The position numbers were made by a program, and so were the translations under genes. From contig CBDAPI010000012.1 of assembly GCA_965198355.1 (NCBI GenBank), forward strand, positions 269,191 through 333,190: a stretch of 64,000 nt of DNA, read 5' to 3'. Shown piece after piece: positions 51,289-59,898 of the stretch. Below the pieces are notes generated by a model. It searched no databases, was not told the origin of the DNA, and saw nothing but the letters and a program-made list of their open reading frames with translations. Position 1 is the stretch's first letter. Each line of letters begins with the position of its first letter. Origin of the DNA: Acidobacteriota bacterium (lineage in GTDB: Bacteria > Acidobacteriota > UBA6911 > RPQK01 > CBDAPI01).

Positions 51289-52395
51289 ATGAAACAGCTG
51301 ATTCTCGCGGTGGCCATCGGAGGAGTGACGGTGGTTGGGCTGTCCGGACAGTCCTGGCCCATGTTTCGGGGGAGTCCTCAACAGACGGGTATCTACCAGG
51401 GCGAATTGCCGACTCGGCTGGAGCCTCTGTGGACCTTTAGAATCGAAGACGGGGTTGAATCCACCGCCGCGGTGGTCGCAGGGAGCGGCTATGTTGGAGG
51501 GCTGAACGGAGTCTTCTACGCGTTCGATCTGGAGGATGGGGCCATCCGCTGGACTTTCGAGGCCACCGATGAGATTCGCTCCTCTCCCCTGGTCCGGGAC
51601 GGAAAGGTTTTCTTCGGTGATGAGATGGGTTCCTTCTTCGCCTTGCGTGCGTCAGATGGAAAGCAGCTCTGGACTTTCCAGGCCGGAGCGGGGATCACAT
51701 CACCCGCCAACTTCTTTGGCGAATCTGTCCTTTTTGGGTCGTACGACAATTACCTCTACTGTCTGTCAGGGGAGACCGGTCAGATCCGCTGGAAACAGGA
51801 GACCGGAGGCTATGTTCACGGCAGTCCCGTGATTGCGGATGATTCGGTGGTGGTCACCGGATGCGACGGATTTCTTCGCCTGATTCGGATCTCCGATGGT
51901 ATGGAGGTGGAACGAATTGATCTGGGAGCCTATATCGGTTCGAGCCCGGCCTACCGTCAGAAAAGGCTCTATGTCGGCACTTTCCAGAATCAAGTTCTGG
52001 CGTTCAACCTGAAGGAAAAAGAAGTGGAGTGGGTGTACGAGCATGCCCAGCGTCACTTTCCCTTTTACTCCTCCCCCGCCGTCACAAGTGATCTGGTGGT
52101 CATCGGAGGGCGAGACAAAATGGTGCACGGAATCGACCGCAGCACGGGTGAGGTCCGCTGGACCTTCCTCACCCGGTCTCGGGTGGATTCGTCACCTGTT
52201 GTGGTCGGTCAGACGGTTTTGATCGCCGACACAAGAGGGGTTATCTTTAGACTGTCTCTGGAAACCGGCAAAGCCCTGTGGCAGTTCGATACGGCGGGTG
52301 GTATTCAAGCGTCGCCTGCGATCTCGGAAGGAAGGCTGGTGATTGGCACGCTGGACGGAGACCTGTATTGCCTGGGAGGGGTGGATAAGCAGTGA
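51289..52395 (+). CDS. Secreted PQQ-binding-like (BamB-like) beta-propeller protein
   Basis: Signal peptide, WPMFRG, about eight SSP...G...W.F repeats. Confidence 0.88.
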   Translation: MKQLILAVAIGGVTVVGLSGQSWPMFRGSPQQTGIYQGELPTRLEPLWTFRIEDGVESTAAVVAGSGYVGGLNGVFYAFDLEDGAIRWTFEATDEIRSSPLVRDGKVFFGDEMGSFFALRASDGKQLWTFQAGAGITSPANFFGESVLFGSYDNYLYCLSGETGQIRWKQETGGYVHGSPVIADDSVVVTGCDGFLRLIRISDGMEVERIDLGAYIGSSPAYRQKRLYVGTFQNQVLAFNLKEKEVEWVYEHAQRHFPFYSSPAVTSDLVVIGGRDKMVHGIDRSTGEVRWTFLTRSRVDSSPVVVGQTVLIADTRGVIFRLSLETGKALWQFDTAGGIQASPAISEGRLVIGTLDGDLYCLGGVDKQ

Positions 52396-54515
52396 GATTC
52401 ATTCTATTTCTTCTGGTTCTGGCTGGGCTTCCGCCCACGGGATTGGCTCAGGAGGCTCAGGAGAAGAAGCCGGCCGAAAGGAAGGACGATTCAGAGGAGA
52501 GGAGGATTGAGCGTCCCTTCGTGGTGACGGTGGAAGAGAGCCTTCCACCGGTGGCCAGCGAGACCACCATTGCCACCAAGATGGCCGTCCCGATTCACGA
52601 AATTCCGGCCAGCGTCACTGTCATTCCTCAGTCCCTTTTCAAGAGCCAGGACGCGGTGATCCTCAGTGATGCCCTCAGCAACGCTGCGGGTGTGAACATT
52701 CAAGCCAGTTTTGGCGTACATGACCACTTTCTGATTCGTGGATTTGACTCTCTTTCGAGCGGTCTCGTACTTACCGACGGGGCGTCGGAGCCCGAGGCAA
52801 CTTTCTACCATCTCTACAACGTAGACCAGATTGAAGTTCTGCGTGGTCCTTCGACGTTTCTTTATGGCGGGAGCCCGCTGTCCGGTGCCGTGAACCTGGC
52901 ACGAAAGCAGCCGCGCCTAGGCGAGCGCTTTTTTCAGGGCGCCGCCACCTTTGGATCCTTTGGGACGGTGCGCGGGCAGTTCGATGTGAACTGGGGAGGC
53001 AGGGACTCTCCGATTGCTTTTCGGCTGAATGCGATGGGGCAGAGAGCAGACGGGTACCGCGACAACCGGGAGAACTATCAGGTCGCTGTCAATCCTGCGA
53101 TCCGATGGAAGGCGGGAGAGCGTAATACCTTCACATTCAATTTTGAATTCGCCAGCAACGAGTACACTCCCGATGCGGGTATTCCCCTGGTCGGTGACTC
53201 CGTTGCGCCGGTTTCCCGACGGACATCCTACGGTTCTCCATACGACGATTCGGATCAGGACATCTTTCGCTTTCGTTTCGACTGGGAGTCGTATCTGAGT
53301 GACCGGATCCGCTGGCGCACCAAAATCTACTACACCGACCTGGAATGGCTAAGCGACGGGACCTTGCTCAATGGAGTCGTTCCAGATTTCCAGACAGGGT
53401 CATTGCAGGTCGTGCGCCTCCTCAATCAACTGGACGACCGACAAAAGCTGTTGGGAGCCCAGTTCGAGACCGTCTTCAGCTTTGACACGGGAAACGTCAA
53501 GCACGAACTGCTGGTCGGCTTTGAGGCCAATCGTCTAACGGACGAATTCTCGCTTCAACTCTTTCTTCTTCCCCCGATCGAGTTGAGTGGGCCCCGTCAG
53601 GAAGGTGACGTGACGCGCTTTCTGCTCCCCGACCAGGGCCAGCTGGGGGACGCCAGAAACCGAATACTGGCGCCTTACGTAGTAGACCGCATCCTGCTGA
53701 CCGAGCGCATACATCTTTTCCTGGGCGGGCGTATCGACTTCCTGAACTACAGAGAAGAATTCTCCGAGACCCGGCGCGAAGAGGCCCAGTTCAATCCGCT
53801 GGCGGGGATTCTCTTGCAGCCGCGGAGAGATCTGTCTTTCTATGTCAACGGAGGCAGCGCCTTCTCTCCGCCCTCGTCGCTGGTGGTCGGAGAGCGAAAA
53901 CCTGAGGAGAGCCGGCAGGTTGAAGGAGGAGTCAAGAAGAGGTTTCTGGGAGAGAGACTGCAAGCTCAGTTTGCTGTCTATCACCTGGAGAAGACCAACA
54001 TCGCAATTCCCGACCAGAACGGCTTCTTGCGCGAAAGCGGATCGCAACGATCGCGGGGATTCGAATTCTCGTTGAACTCGCAGCACGCTCCCCTCTGGCA
54101 TACCTTTGCCAGCTATTCGTACAACCGCTCGGAGCTGACCGAGTTTAGCGAGACCGCGATCGTCAACCTGAATCCCTTCACTTTCGGAACCGTTGACCGG
54201 GCAGGCAACAGGGCCCCCTTTGCGCCGCGCCACATCTTCAGTGTGTGGACCAGCCGCCAGTTTTCCAGGGGCTTCGGCATCGGTGTGGGGTCGCGTTATG
54301 TCAGCGGTCAGTTCATCGCGCCTGACAATGGCTTCGAGCTGGACGACTACCTGGTGTTTGATGCGGTTGCCTCTTATGGGGTGCGCAACTGGAAGATCAG
54401 CCTGAACCTCAAGAATCTCACGAATCGGGACTACGCGATGAGGGGGTTTGGGGCGAATTCGGTGATTCCCGCCGACGGTTTTGGGGTTTTTGCTACCCTT
54501 ACCTTTACTCGGTAG
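52392..54515 (+). CDS. TonB-dependent receptor
   Basis: Signal peptide, plug IRGF..IEVLRGPSTFLYG..GAVN, barrel ending NLKNLTNRDY; GTGA overlap with the upstream gene. Confidence 0.92.
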   Translation: MRFILFLLVLAGLPPTGLAQEAQEKKPAERKDDSEERRIERPFVVTVEESLPPVASETTIATKMAVPIHEIPASVTVIPQSLFKSQDAVILSDALSNAAGVNIQASFGVHDHFLIRGFDSLSSGLVLTDGASEPEATFYHLYNVDQIEVLRGPSTFLYGGSPLSGAVNLARKQPRLGERFFQGAATFGSFGTVRGQFDVNWGGRDSPIAFRLNAMGQRADGYRDNRENYQVAVNPAIRWKAGERNTFTFNFEFASNEYTPDAGIPLVGDSVAPVSRRTSYGSPYDDSDQDIFRFRFDWESYLSDRIRWRTKIYYTDLEWLSDGTLLNGVVPDFQTGSLQVVRLLNQLDDRQKLLGAQFETVFSFDTGNVKHELLVGFEANRLTDEFSLQLFLLPPIELSGPRQEGDVTRFLLPDQGQLGDARNRILAPYVVDRILLTERIHLFLGGRIDFLNYREEFSETRREEAQFNPLAGILLQPRRDLSFYVNGGSAFSPPSSLVVGERKPEESRQVEGGVKKRFLGERLQAQFAVYHLEKTNIAIPDQNGFLRESGSQRSRGFEFSLNSQHAPLWHTFASYSYNRSELTEFSETAIVNLNPFTFGTVDRAGNRAPFAPRHIFSVWTSRQFSRGFGIGVGSRYVSGQFIAPDNGFELDDYLVFDAVASYGVRNWKISLNLKNLTNRDYAMRGFGANSVIPADGFGVFATLTFTR

Positions 54516-54554
54516 CGGGCCTCCAGCCCGCGGTTCTGGGTGCTGGGGACAGAA

Positions 54555-54790
54555 TGTGTGGATTGTCAGGTTTCCCGACAGCTTGCGCGCTGCTGTGCAG
54601 TCACTTCCGAAGATGTCGGCCTTGCGGCCGCCACGCAGTCGCTTCCGAAGATGTGGCCTGACGGCCGCCACGCAGTCGCTTTCGCTCCTGCCTCTGAGGG
54701 TTCCCTGGCGGTTGTAGTTCCTCACCGCCTCAGGGCGGGGTCCTTGAGGTAGCGTTCCGGTTCGCCGTGTAGACAGAGGCGCGAGGCTAG
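54555..54790 (-). ncRNA. Candidate structured RNA containing a 37/38-bp tandem repeat
   Basis: The minus strand carries consecutive hairpins capped by GAAA, GCAA, GUCA and c(UUCG)g loops; repeat units at 54597-54634, 54635-54671 and a partial third. Confidence 0.45.
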
Positions 54791-54883
54791 ACGAGCGCGT
54801 AACGAGGAACCTGGACCTGAAGCCTGGTACTAGCCGGAACTGCGGGAATGACACTGAGCGCGTGAGCCAGAACCTAGAACCCA

Positions 54884-56176
54884 TGCAGCAACCGGGTAGA
54901 TGGTTTACAGATTAGACCGGGTACATGGTTTACAGATTCAAGGATAGATTTTCCATTCTCTCCAATCAAAGCGGGCCAGCAAGACATGGCCCAGGTAGAT
55001 GCTATAGATAGCGTCGTCGATTTCCTCCAAACCGACGCATTCACCGTTGAGCGTGTTACTTAGGAACAGGGATCGTGATTTGAGTTTGATCCGGCCGATC
55101 TTGTTTACCTTACGAACCAGAAAGTGAGCCGGGTACTCGAGTTGAGGTGGTTGATGGGGATAAGGCCTTGAGGAAGGTCTGTATAGATCCGAGGGCGTTC
55201 TTCCGTCCAGCGCCTGGTGAGGTCGTTTCTGATTGTAGTAGCGCTGGAAGCGATCAAAGCGTTGCTGCTGAGCCGGCAGGGTGCCAGCAGCGGGGCGAGT
55301 GGTTTCTGCCTTGAGGGTGCGATGCATGCGTTCATGACGGCCATTCTGCTGCGGTTGACCTGGTTGGATTCGCAGCGGCTGGATTCCCAGCTTGATCCAC
55401 CACACAGCCAGACGTGAGAGACCACATAAGGCGGTAGAGGAAAAGGGTGCCCCGTTGTCAGTGAGGATCTGTTGAGGTAAACCGCAGCGACGAAACAGTT
55501 GCTCGAAGACAGGCATTGCACCCGTGTGTTGAGTCGAAGTCTTGGCACTACAGGCCAATAGATAACGGCTGTAGGGATCGAGGATCGTCAAGGGATAACA
55601 CCACTGCCCGTTGCCGGTTTTAAACTCTCCCTTGAAGTCGGCCGTCCAGACATCGTTACAGTTTCGGATTTCGACGATAGGCCGCCCCGGGTGGGCCCAG
55701 CGCCGGCGCCGGCGCCGGGGCTTGATCAGTCCATGACGTTTGAGGATTTCCCCGGCAGTTGAGAAAGCTGGAAGAGGTAACTGTGGACGAAGCTTCTCTA
55801 AGTGCTGAATGATCTTGACTGGCCCCCAAGTGGGATGGCGTTTGCGCAGCTGCACAATCTCCCGCTCCAGCTCTGGCGGGGTCTTGTGAGGACAGTAGTG
55901 GGGAATTCGAGAGCGATCCGTCAGTCCCTCCAGGCCTTCTTGCTTGTACCGATTCCACCACTTGTAGGCTGTTTGACGGCTCACCCCATACCGTTTGCTC
56001 AGCTCACTGAGTGTGTACATTCCAGCTTTCACATCCATAACAAAACGAAACCGTTGTTCCACAGCTTGGGTCTCCAGCCAGGGCATAGGGCCTCTCCTTT
56101 CCTGCCCTATGCTCTAACTCCACTGTGTAAACCATGTACCCGGTTTGTTTTGTAAAGGATGTACCCGGTCAGTACC
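54884..56176 (-). mobile_element. IS481-family element, copy 2 (intact, 1293 bp), inserted in a CCAGAAC heptamer array
   Basis: Same ends as copy 1; CCA (TGG on minus) on both flanks. Confidence 0.93.
54938..56086 (-). CDS. IS481-family transposase (HTH + integrase core)
   Basis: MPW.E, SRQTAYKW, WTADFKG, TDNG.PF, QQNGRHERMHRTLK, RPHQAL. Confidence 0.95.
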   Translation of the reverse strand: MPWLETQAVEQRFRFVMDVKAGMYTLSELSKRYGVSRQTAYKWWNRYKQEGLEGLTDRSRIPHYCPHKTPPELEREIVQLRKRHPTWGPVKIIQHLEKLRPQLPLPAFSTAGEILKRHGLIKPRRRRRRWAHPGRPIVEIRNCNDVWTADFKGEFKTGNGQWCYPLTILDPYSRYLLACSAKTSTQHTGAMPVFEQLFRRCGLPQQILTDNGAPFSSTALCGLSRLAVWWIKLGIQPLRIQPGQPQQNGRHERMHRTLKAETTRPAAGTLPAQQQRFDRFQRYYNQKRPHQALDGRTPSDLYRPSSRPYPHQPPQLEYPAHFLVRKVNKIGRIKLKSRSLFLSNTLNGECVGLEEIDDAIYSIYLGHVLLARFDWREWKIYP

Positions 56177-56200
56177 CCAGAACCCAGAACCCAGAACCCG
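56177..56200. repeat. Heptamer tandem repeat (CCAGAAC)n, continued at 54867-54883 on the other side of the IS481
   Basis: ccagaac ccagaac ccagaac cc; the other side reads ccagaac ctagaac cca. Confidence 0.8.
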
Positions 56201-56260
56201 GTTCCTAGCCCGGATTATGCAAGAGATCTGAATCCGAGTGAGATTTGGGTCCAGAAAAAA

Positions 56261-56322
56261 AGCCGTAGCTCTCTGATATAAAAGGGTTTACATAAAAACA
56301 ACCCTAAACAGGAGCTACGGCT
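56261..56322 (+). promoter_or_regulatory. RBS-sequestering stem-loop upstream of the IS1380 transposase (present in all four copies)
   Basis: AGCCGTAGCTC...GAGCTACGGCT ends immediately before the ATG and overlaps AGGAG; inner stem AGGGTT/AACCCT. Confidence 0.7.
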
Positions 56323-57660
56323 ATGTTGAAAACAGTCTGCCAGAATACCCTGCCATTTCACAGCCACAGAGACATCACAGCTCGTTTTGATGGGGGGAGC
56401 CTCACTTCCGACGCAGGATGGTTGTTGTTTGGATCGCTGGATCGGCAACATCGATTGTGCGAGGGCTTCAGTTCGTGTATTGCGGAAAGCCGGGACCGAC
56501 GCTACATTCGTCATGACCTGTTGAAGTTGATCCGACAACGAGTGTTGCAGATCGTGGCCGGCTACGAAGACTGTAATGACGCCGATACGCTGCGCTCGGA
56601 TCCGATGCTCAAGACAGTCTGTGATCAGTTGCCCGAGAGCGATCCCGATTTGGCCACCCAGCCGACTTTCTCCCGCTTGGAGAACTCCGTCACCAAGAAG
56701 GATCTGATGCGTCTGAGCCGGTGGCTGCTACGCCGTTATGTGCGCTCCCTGAAGAAGAGACGTCCCGCCAAGATCATCCTGGATCTGGACAGTACCGACG
56801 ACCACACTCACGGCCAACAGGAGTTCGCCTTCTACCACGGGTATTACCGAAACCACATTCTGCATCCTTTGCTGATCTTCGATGCCGCCACGGGAGACCT
56901 GGTCTGTGCCGTGTTGAGACCTGGCAACAAGGGGGCTGCCTCTCACATCGTGCCCATTCTGAAGCGCGTCGTGGAGGCCATCCGACAAGCAGTGGGGACG
57001 GATGTCGAGATTGAGATTCGGGCCGACAGCGGCTTTGCCACGCCTCGGCTCTACGAGTTCTGTGAAGGTGAAGAGAATCAACTCCAATATGTCATTGGGT
57101 TAAGTCGCAACCCTCGCCTGCAGCGAGTGGTCGAGCCCCTGCTGGATTCGACTCGGCTGCAGTTCGTTGAGCGGGAGGAAAAACAGCGTCAGTTTGACGA
57201 GTTTCTTTATCGAGCCAACAGCTGGGATCGATCCCGTCGCGTCATTGTCAAAGTGGAGGTCGATCAGCGCGGGATCAATCGTCGCTTTGTGGTCACCAAC
57301 CGGGACGATCTCTGCTCCCAATCACTTTATGACCACTACACCGACCGAGGGCAGACCGAGAACTTCATCAAGGCCTTTAAGAATCATCTGAGCATGGACC
57401 GACTCAGCTGTCATCGATTCCTGGCCAACCAGTTTCGACTCCTCCTGCATGCACTGGCTTACCAGATGTTCGTGCGCCTGCGCGACTATCTGCACGGAAC
57501 CCCCTGGCACAAGCTCGAAATCGAAACCTTACGTCGTCGTGTCCTCAAGATCGGGGCCCGGATCCGACAAACCACTCGACGCATCTGGGTCCATCTTTCC
57601 TCAGCCTTTCCCGAACAACCCCTCTTTCACCTCGTCTTGAGTCGCCTGAACTCCAGCTAG
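56323..57660 (+). CDS. IS1380-family transposase (ER>LQ variant)
   Basis: Identical to the other copies except TRLQF in place of TRERF. Confidence 0.95.
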   Translation: MLKTVCQNTLPFHSHRDITARFDGGSLTSDAGWLLFGSLDRQHRLCEGFSSCIAESRDRRYIRHDLLKLIRQRVLQIVAGYEDCNDADTLRSDPMLKTVCDQLPESDPDLATQPTFSRLENSVTKKDLMRLSRWLLRRYVRSLKKRRPAKIILDLDSTDDHTHGQQEFAFYHGYYRNHILHPLLIFDAATGDLVCAVLRPGNKGAASHIVPILKRVVEAIRQAVGTDVEIEIRADSGFATPRLYEFCEGEENQLQYVIGLSRNPRLQRVVEPLLDSTRLQFVEREEKQRQFDEFLYRANSWDRSRRVIVKVEVDQRGINRRFVVTNRDDLCSQSLYDHYTDRGQTENFIKAFKNHLSMDRLSCHRFLANQFRLLLHALAYQMFVRLRDYLHGTPWHKLEIETLRRRVLKIGARIRQTTRRIWVHLSSAFPEQPLFHLVLSRLNSS

Positions 57661-57858
57661 CTTCTCCCAGTTCCCCGAAAAACCGCTTCCGACACTCATC
57701 CAGGCCCAGATCTGTCTGAAATTCACTCCCCCAACCACTCAAACGCCTCGCCAACCGATATTCTTCGCAAATCCGCCTGTCACAACTGCCCGCTTCCGAG
57801 TTGGGCCACTTCTCGAGCCCTTTTTCAACAGCGGATTACGGTTCTTGCATAATCCGGG

Positions 57859-58071
57859 CTAGCACTTGGTGCAACGGATATCGTTGAAAATCGTTTCCGG
57901 GTCGGCTGCAGCCCGCGCAAATTCGATCAACACGCGGAGTGTCTTGCTGTCGTTGGGCAGACCAAATTGCTCTTGCATCTTGGTCAACCACTCTTGTTGG
58001 TCTTCGTAGAGTTCAAAACTCGTCAGTATGATCCCGTTCATATCCACCAGCTTAGCACTCCCATGTTCCAC
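57859..58071 (-). CDS. Small hypothetical protein with C-terminal CxxC
   Basis: FELYEDQQEWL..FGLPNDSKTLRVLIEFA..IRCTKC; its stop is the IS target CTAG. Confidence 0.65.
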   Translation of the reverse strand: MEHGSAKLVDMNGIILTSFELYEDQQEWLTKMQEQFGLPNDSKTLRVLIEFARAAADPETIFNDIRCTKC

Positions 58072-58133
58072 GACGGAATCTGGAATCTGGAGTCTCTCCC
58101 GGTTAAGATACAGAACTCGTCGAAGGGCACTGC

Positions 58134-58361
58134 ATGAGATATCGGTGGTACATCCTGCTTGGAGTGGTGCTGCTACTGGTCGTTCACCACGACTTCTGGA
58201 ACTGGAACAGCACGAATCTCTACCTGGGTATTCCCGTGGGATTGATGTTCCACCTGCTGTTGTGTGTGGCAGCCTCCGCTCTGTTCACTCTTCTAGTTCT
58301 GATCGGAGATAGTCCCGGCCCTCAACCCCGCCGTCCTCCGCACAAGAGTGGTTCCCCGTGA
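58134..58361 (+). CDS. DUF3311-like small membrane protein (SSS partner)
   Basis: HHDFWNW..LGIPVGL.FH, two TM segments, GTGA overlap with the symporter. Confidence 0.8.
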   Translation: MRYRWYILLGVVLLLVVHHDFWNWNSTNLYLGIPVGLMFHLLLCVAASALFTLLVLIGDSPGPQPRRPPHKSGSP

Positions 58362-59836
58362 TCCTCTCGATCATGGCCCTCTATTTTTCCATTCTCGTCG
58401 GCATTGGACTGACCGGAAGGAAGTTCCTCCACCGAACCGGTGAAGATTACTTTCTGGCCAACCGCTCGATTGGTCCGTTTGTACTCCTGATGACCCTGTT
58501 CGGGACGCAAATGACTGCTTTCGCTCTGCTCGGTGCCTCCGGTGAGGCTTACCAGCGGGGTATCGGAGTCTTTGCACTGATGGCCTCCTCCTCAGCCCTG
58601 ATCGTGCCGCTGGTCTTTCATTTTCTGGGCACTCGGGTCTGGGAAATCGGACAGCGCCTCGGTTGTCTTACTCAAGCCCAGTTCTTTCGCGCTCGCTGGC
58701 AGTCGGATGTGGTCGCCTCCACCCTCTTTGTCTTTCTCCTGGTCCTGTTGATCCCCTATCTGCTGATCGGGATCATGGGGGCGGGCATAACTCTCCATCA
58801 AGTCACTCGAGGAGTTCTCGCAGAATGGCTCGGGAGTCTGATCGTCTGCTCCGTTGTGTTCGTGTACGTTGTCACCAGTGGTTTGAGAGGTACCTCCTGG
58901 GCCAATTGCTTCCAGACTCTGGTGTTCATGAGCCTGGGATTGGCCACATTTCTCTACATCTCGGGCAGACTCGGAGGATTGAACACGGCCATGCAGCAGG
59001 TGCAGCAGACGCATCCGCAACTTCTGATGATTGCAGGAGGTATCAGTGGACTGGAGCTTTTCTCCTACCTTTTCATTCCACTCTCGGCGGCCATGTTTCC
59101 CCATCTCTTCATGCATTGGCTGTCAGCCCGGGATGCCGCTGCCTTTCGGCTTCCCGTGGCGGCTTACCCTCTGTGCATTGCCATCCTATGGGTACCCGTC
59201 GTCCTGATGGGGATCATGGCCCGCATCCCCTTTCCCGATCTGGAGGGTCCCGCAGTCAACTCGGTTCTGGTGCGCATGATTCAGTACTACTCACCCGAAG
59301 TTCTGGCGGGGTTGTTGGCGGCGGGAGTCCTGGCCGCGATCATGTCTTCTCTCGATTCTCAGGTGCTTTCCGTGGGAACCATCTTTACTCAGGATGTGGT
59401 CAAGCATTTCGGCTTTCATGATGAGATGGACGAGAGACGCCAGGTCCTCTCCGGGAGGTTGTTCGTGACGCTGATCCTGGCAGGCTGCTTTTTCTTGTCG
59501 CTGATCACGAATCGAACCATTTTCAGCCTCGGGATCTGGTCCTTTACCGGCTACAGCTCCCTGCTGCCAGTCCTGATAGCAGGACTCTTCTGGAGAAGAA
59601 GCACCAAGTGGGGAGCCCTCGCTTCGATCCTCGTGACAGCACTTCTGTGGGTCGGTTTCTTCTGGCAAGGATGGCGGCTGCCAGGCTACTCAATTGGGGG
59701 AACCGGCCTTTTGCCGCTGGTCGTGATGGTCGTGGCCTCTTCATGTGCGATGATAGTGGGGTCATTGCTCACTTCCCCTCCGGAGGAAGCAGTCTTGAGC
59801 TTGTTTTTTCCGGAGAAACGGGACGAAAGAGGTTGA
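58358..59836 (+). CDS. Sodium:solute symporter family protein
   Basis: DYFLANRSIG, MTAFALLG, AAIMSSLDSQ; about 13 TM segments. Confidence 0.93.
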   Translation: MILSIMALYFSILVGIGLTGRKFLHRTGEDYFLANRSIGPFVLLMTLFGTQMTAFALLGASGEAYQRGIGVFALMASSSALIVPLVFHFLGTRVWEIGQRLGCLTQAQFFRARWQSDVVASTLFVFLLVLLIPYLLIGIMGAGITLHQVTRGVLAEWLGSLIVCSVVFVYVVTSGLRGTSWANCFQTLVFMSLGLATFLYISGRLGGLNTAMQQVQQTHPQLLMIAGGISGLELFSYLFIPLSAAMFPHLFMHWLSARDAAAFRLPVAAYPLCIAILWVPVVLMGIMARIPFPDLEGPAVNSVLVRMIQYYSPEVLAGLLAAGVLAAIMSSLDSQVLSVGTIFTQDVVKHFGFHDEMDERRQVLSGRLFVTLILAGCFFLSLITNRTIFSLGIWSFTGYSSLLPVLIAGLFWRRSTKWGALASILVTALLWVGFFWQGWRLPGYSIGGTGLLPLVVMVVASSCAMIVGSLLTSPPEEAVLSLFFPEKRDERG

Positions 59837-59841
59837 GGAAG

Positions 59842-59877
59842 CAAGCAGTCCGCGGGACTTCCACCACGGGTTGCTCG
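59842..59877. repeat. Family A palindrome inside an operon
   Basis: CAAGCAGTCCGCGGGACTTCCACCACGGGTTGCTCG. Confidence 0.7.
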
Positions 59878-59898
59878 GCAGAGGCTTGGAGAAGACCT

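Larger units (their letters stand above)
56209..57858 (+). mobile_element. IS1380-family insertion sequence, copy 4 (opposite orientation)
   Basis: Same IRs; CTAG duplicated at 56205-56208 and 57859-57862. Confidence 0.95.

Noticed and set aside
54516-54532. GCGGGC-CTCCA-GCCCGC as an intrinsic terminator
   Set aside because: The hairpin is real but lacks a U-tract on either strand, so it is not called a terminator
54597-54683. 37/38-bp repeats as a CRISPR array
   Set aside because: Units are directly adjacent with no unique spacers, and there are no cas genes in the window
54835-54850. GAACTGCGGGAA resembling the group I intron P element
   Set aside because: No Q, R or S elements follow, even after removing the IS elements
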